Below, piece by piece: positions 62,654 to 64,000 of a stretch of DNA of 64,000 nt. The notes beneath the pieces are model-generated. The model did not search any database. It saw nothing but the letters and a program-made list of their open reading frames with translations, and was not told where the DNA came from. This stretch comes from a virus (Duplodnaviria > Heunggongvirae > Uroviricota > Caudoviricetes): the IMG/VR virus record IMGVR_UViG_2778261667_000017; one strand, 5' to 3'. A program made the position numbers and the translations under genes. Positions within the stretch are counted from its first letter, which is position 1. Each line of letters begins with the position of its first letter.

Positions 62654-64000
62654 ATGGGTAAAGGAAGCAGTAAGGGGCATACCCCGCGCGAAGCGAAGGA
62701 CAACCTGAAGTCCACGCAGTTGCTGAGTGTGATCGATGCCATCAGCGAAGGGCCGGTTGAAGGTCCGGTGGATGGATTAAAAAGCGTGCTGCTGAACAGT
62801 ACGCCGGTGCTGGACACTGAGGGGAATACCAACATCTCCGGTGTCACGGTGGTGTTCCGTGCCGGTGAGCAGGAGCAGACACCGCCGGAGGGGTTTGAAT
62901 CCTCCGGCTCCGAGACGGTGCTGGGTACGGAAGTGAAATATGACACGCCGATCACCCGCACCATTACGTCTGCAAACATCGACCGTCTGCGCTTTACCTT
63001 CGGTGTACAGGCACTGGTGGAAACCACCTCAAAGGGTGACAGGAATCCGTCGGAAGTCCGTCTGCTGGTTCAGATACAACGTAACGGTGGCTGGGTGACG
63101 GAAAAAGACATCACCATTAAGGGCAAAACCACCTCGCAGTATCTGGCCTCGGTGGTGGTGGGTAGCCTGCCGCCGCGCCCGTTTAATATCCGGATGCGCA
63201 GGATGACGCCGGACAGCACCACAGACCAGCTGCAGAACAAAACGCTCTGGTCGTCATACACCGAAATCATCGATGTGAAACAGTGCTACCCGAACACGGC
63301 ACTGGTCGGCGTGCAGGTGGACTCGGAGCAGTTCGGCAGCCAGCAGGTGAGCCGTAATTATCATCTTCGCGGGCGCATTCTGCAGGTGCCGTCGAACTAT
63401 AACCCGCAGACGCGGCAATACAGCGGTATCTGGGACGGAACGTTTAAGCCTGCATACAGCAACAACCCGGCCTGGTGTCTGTGGGATATGCTGACCCACC
63501 CGCGCTACGGCATGGGGAAACGTCTTGGTGCGGCGGATGTGGATAAATGGGCGCTGTATGTCATCGGCCAGTACTGCGACCAGTCAGTGCCGGACGGTTT
63601 TGGCGGCACGGAGCCGCGCATCACCTGTAATGCCTGGCTGACCACGCAGCGTAAGGCGTGGGATGTGCTCAGTGATTTCTGCTCGGCGATGCGCTGTATG
63701 CCGGTATGGAACGGGCAGACGCTGACGTTCGTGCAGGACCGACCATCAGATAAGGTGTGGACCTATAACCGCAGTAATGTGGTGATGCCGGATGATGGCG
63801 CGCCGTTCCGCTACAGCTTCAGCGCCCTGAAGGACCGCCATAATGCCGTTGAGGTGAACTGGATTGACCCGAACAACGGCTGGGAGACGGCGACAGAGCT
63901 TGTTGAAGATACGCAGGCCATTGCCCGTTACGGTCGTAATGTCACGAAGATGGATGCCTTTGGCTGTACCAGCCGGGGGCAGGCACACCGCGCCGGGCTG
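62654..64000 (+). CDS. J: central tail fibre / host specificity protein J, 5' partial (runs off the window end)
   Basis: Open frame from ATG 62654 to the window end, 449 codons with no stop; MGKGSSKGHTPREAKDNLKSTQLL is the lambda J N-terminus from memory; absent from the ORF track because no stop is reached. Confidence 0.85.
   Translation, partial: MGKGSSKGHTPREAKDNLKSTQLLSVIDAISEGPVEGPVDGLKSVLLNSTPVLDTEGNTNISGVTVVFRAGEQEQTPPEGFESSGSETVLGTEVKYDTPITRTITSANIDRLRFTFGVQALVETTSKGDRNPSEVRLLVQIQRNGGWVTEKDITIKGKTTSQYLASVVVGSLPPRPFNIRMRRMTPDSTTDQLQNKTLWSSYTEIIDVKQCYPNTALVGVQVDSEQFGSQQVSRNYHLRGRILQVPSNYNPQTRQYSGIWDGTFKPAYSNNPAWCLWDMLTHPRYGMGKRLGAADVDKWALYVIGQYCDQSVPDGFGGTEPRITCNAWLTTQRKAWDVLSDFCSAMRCMPVWNGQTLTFVQDRPSDKVWTYNRSNVVMPDDGAPFRYSFSALKDRHNAVEVNWIDPNNGWETATELVEDTQAIARYGRNVTKMDAFGCTSRGQAHRAGL

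Overview
The window holds two different prophages in tandem, joined at a 3' fragment of the isocitrate dehydrogenase gene icd (28711..28875). Identifications below are from reading the translated ORFs and from memory of phage lambda, P22, phage 21, Mu and E. coli K-12 prophage proteins; no alignment or database search was run. Prophage A (1..~28700, right arm only) is an e14-like mosaic: lambdoid late control and lysis (Q, holin, endolysin, Rz/Rz1), an HNH endonuclease with terminase, HK97-type head genes, a Mu-type contractile tail and baseplate, an invertible tail-fibre segment with a Pin-type invertase, and an McrA-like nuclease. Prophage B (~28940..64000, left arm only) is lambda/21-like: integrase and excisionase, lambda-type exo-bet-gam-kil-cIII-ea10-ral-sieB, a P22-type immunity region (N-like, C2-like repressor, Cro, cII-like), lambda O/P/ren/ninB, rusA, Q, phage-21-type pinholin and SAR endolysin, bor, a lambda cos site, and lambda-type head and tail genes Nu1 through a truncated J. 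The strongest candidate for an undescribed system is an AT-rich, reverse-oriented two-gene cassette (1689..4081) between Q and the holin of prophage A, encoding a zinc-ribbon protein and a protein with C-terminal hydrophobic helices; I could not assign either to a named family. Other accessory cargo includes a second unknown two-gene cassette (5726..6749), an exported OB-fold-like protein inside the tail module (19177..19623), a small insertion between ea10 and ral, and a lipocalin / DUF523-DUF1722 / AraC-type cluster between Q and the lysis genes of prophage B.
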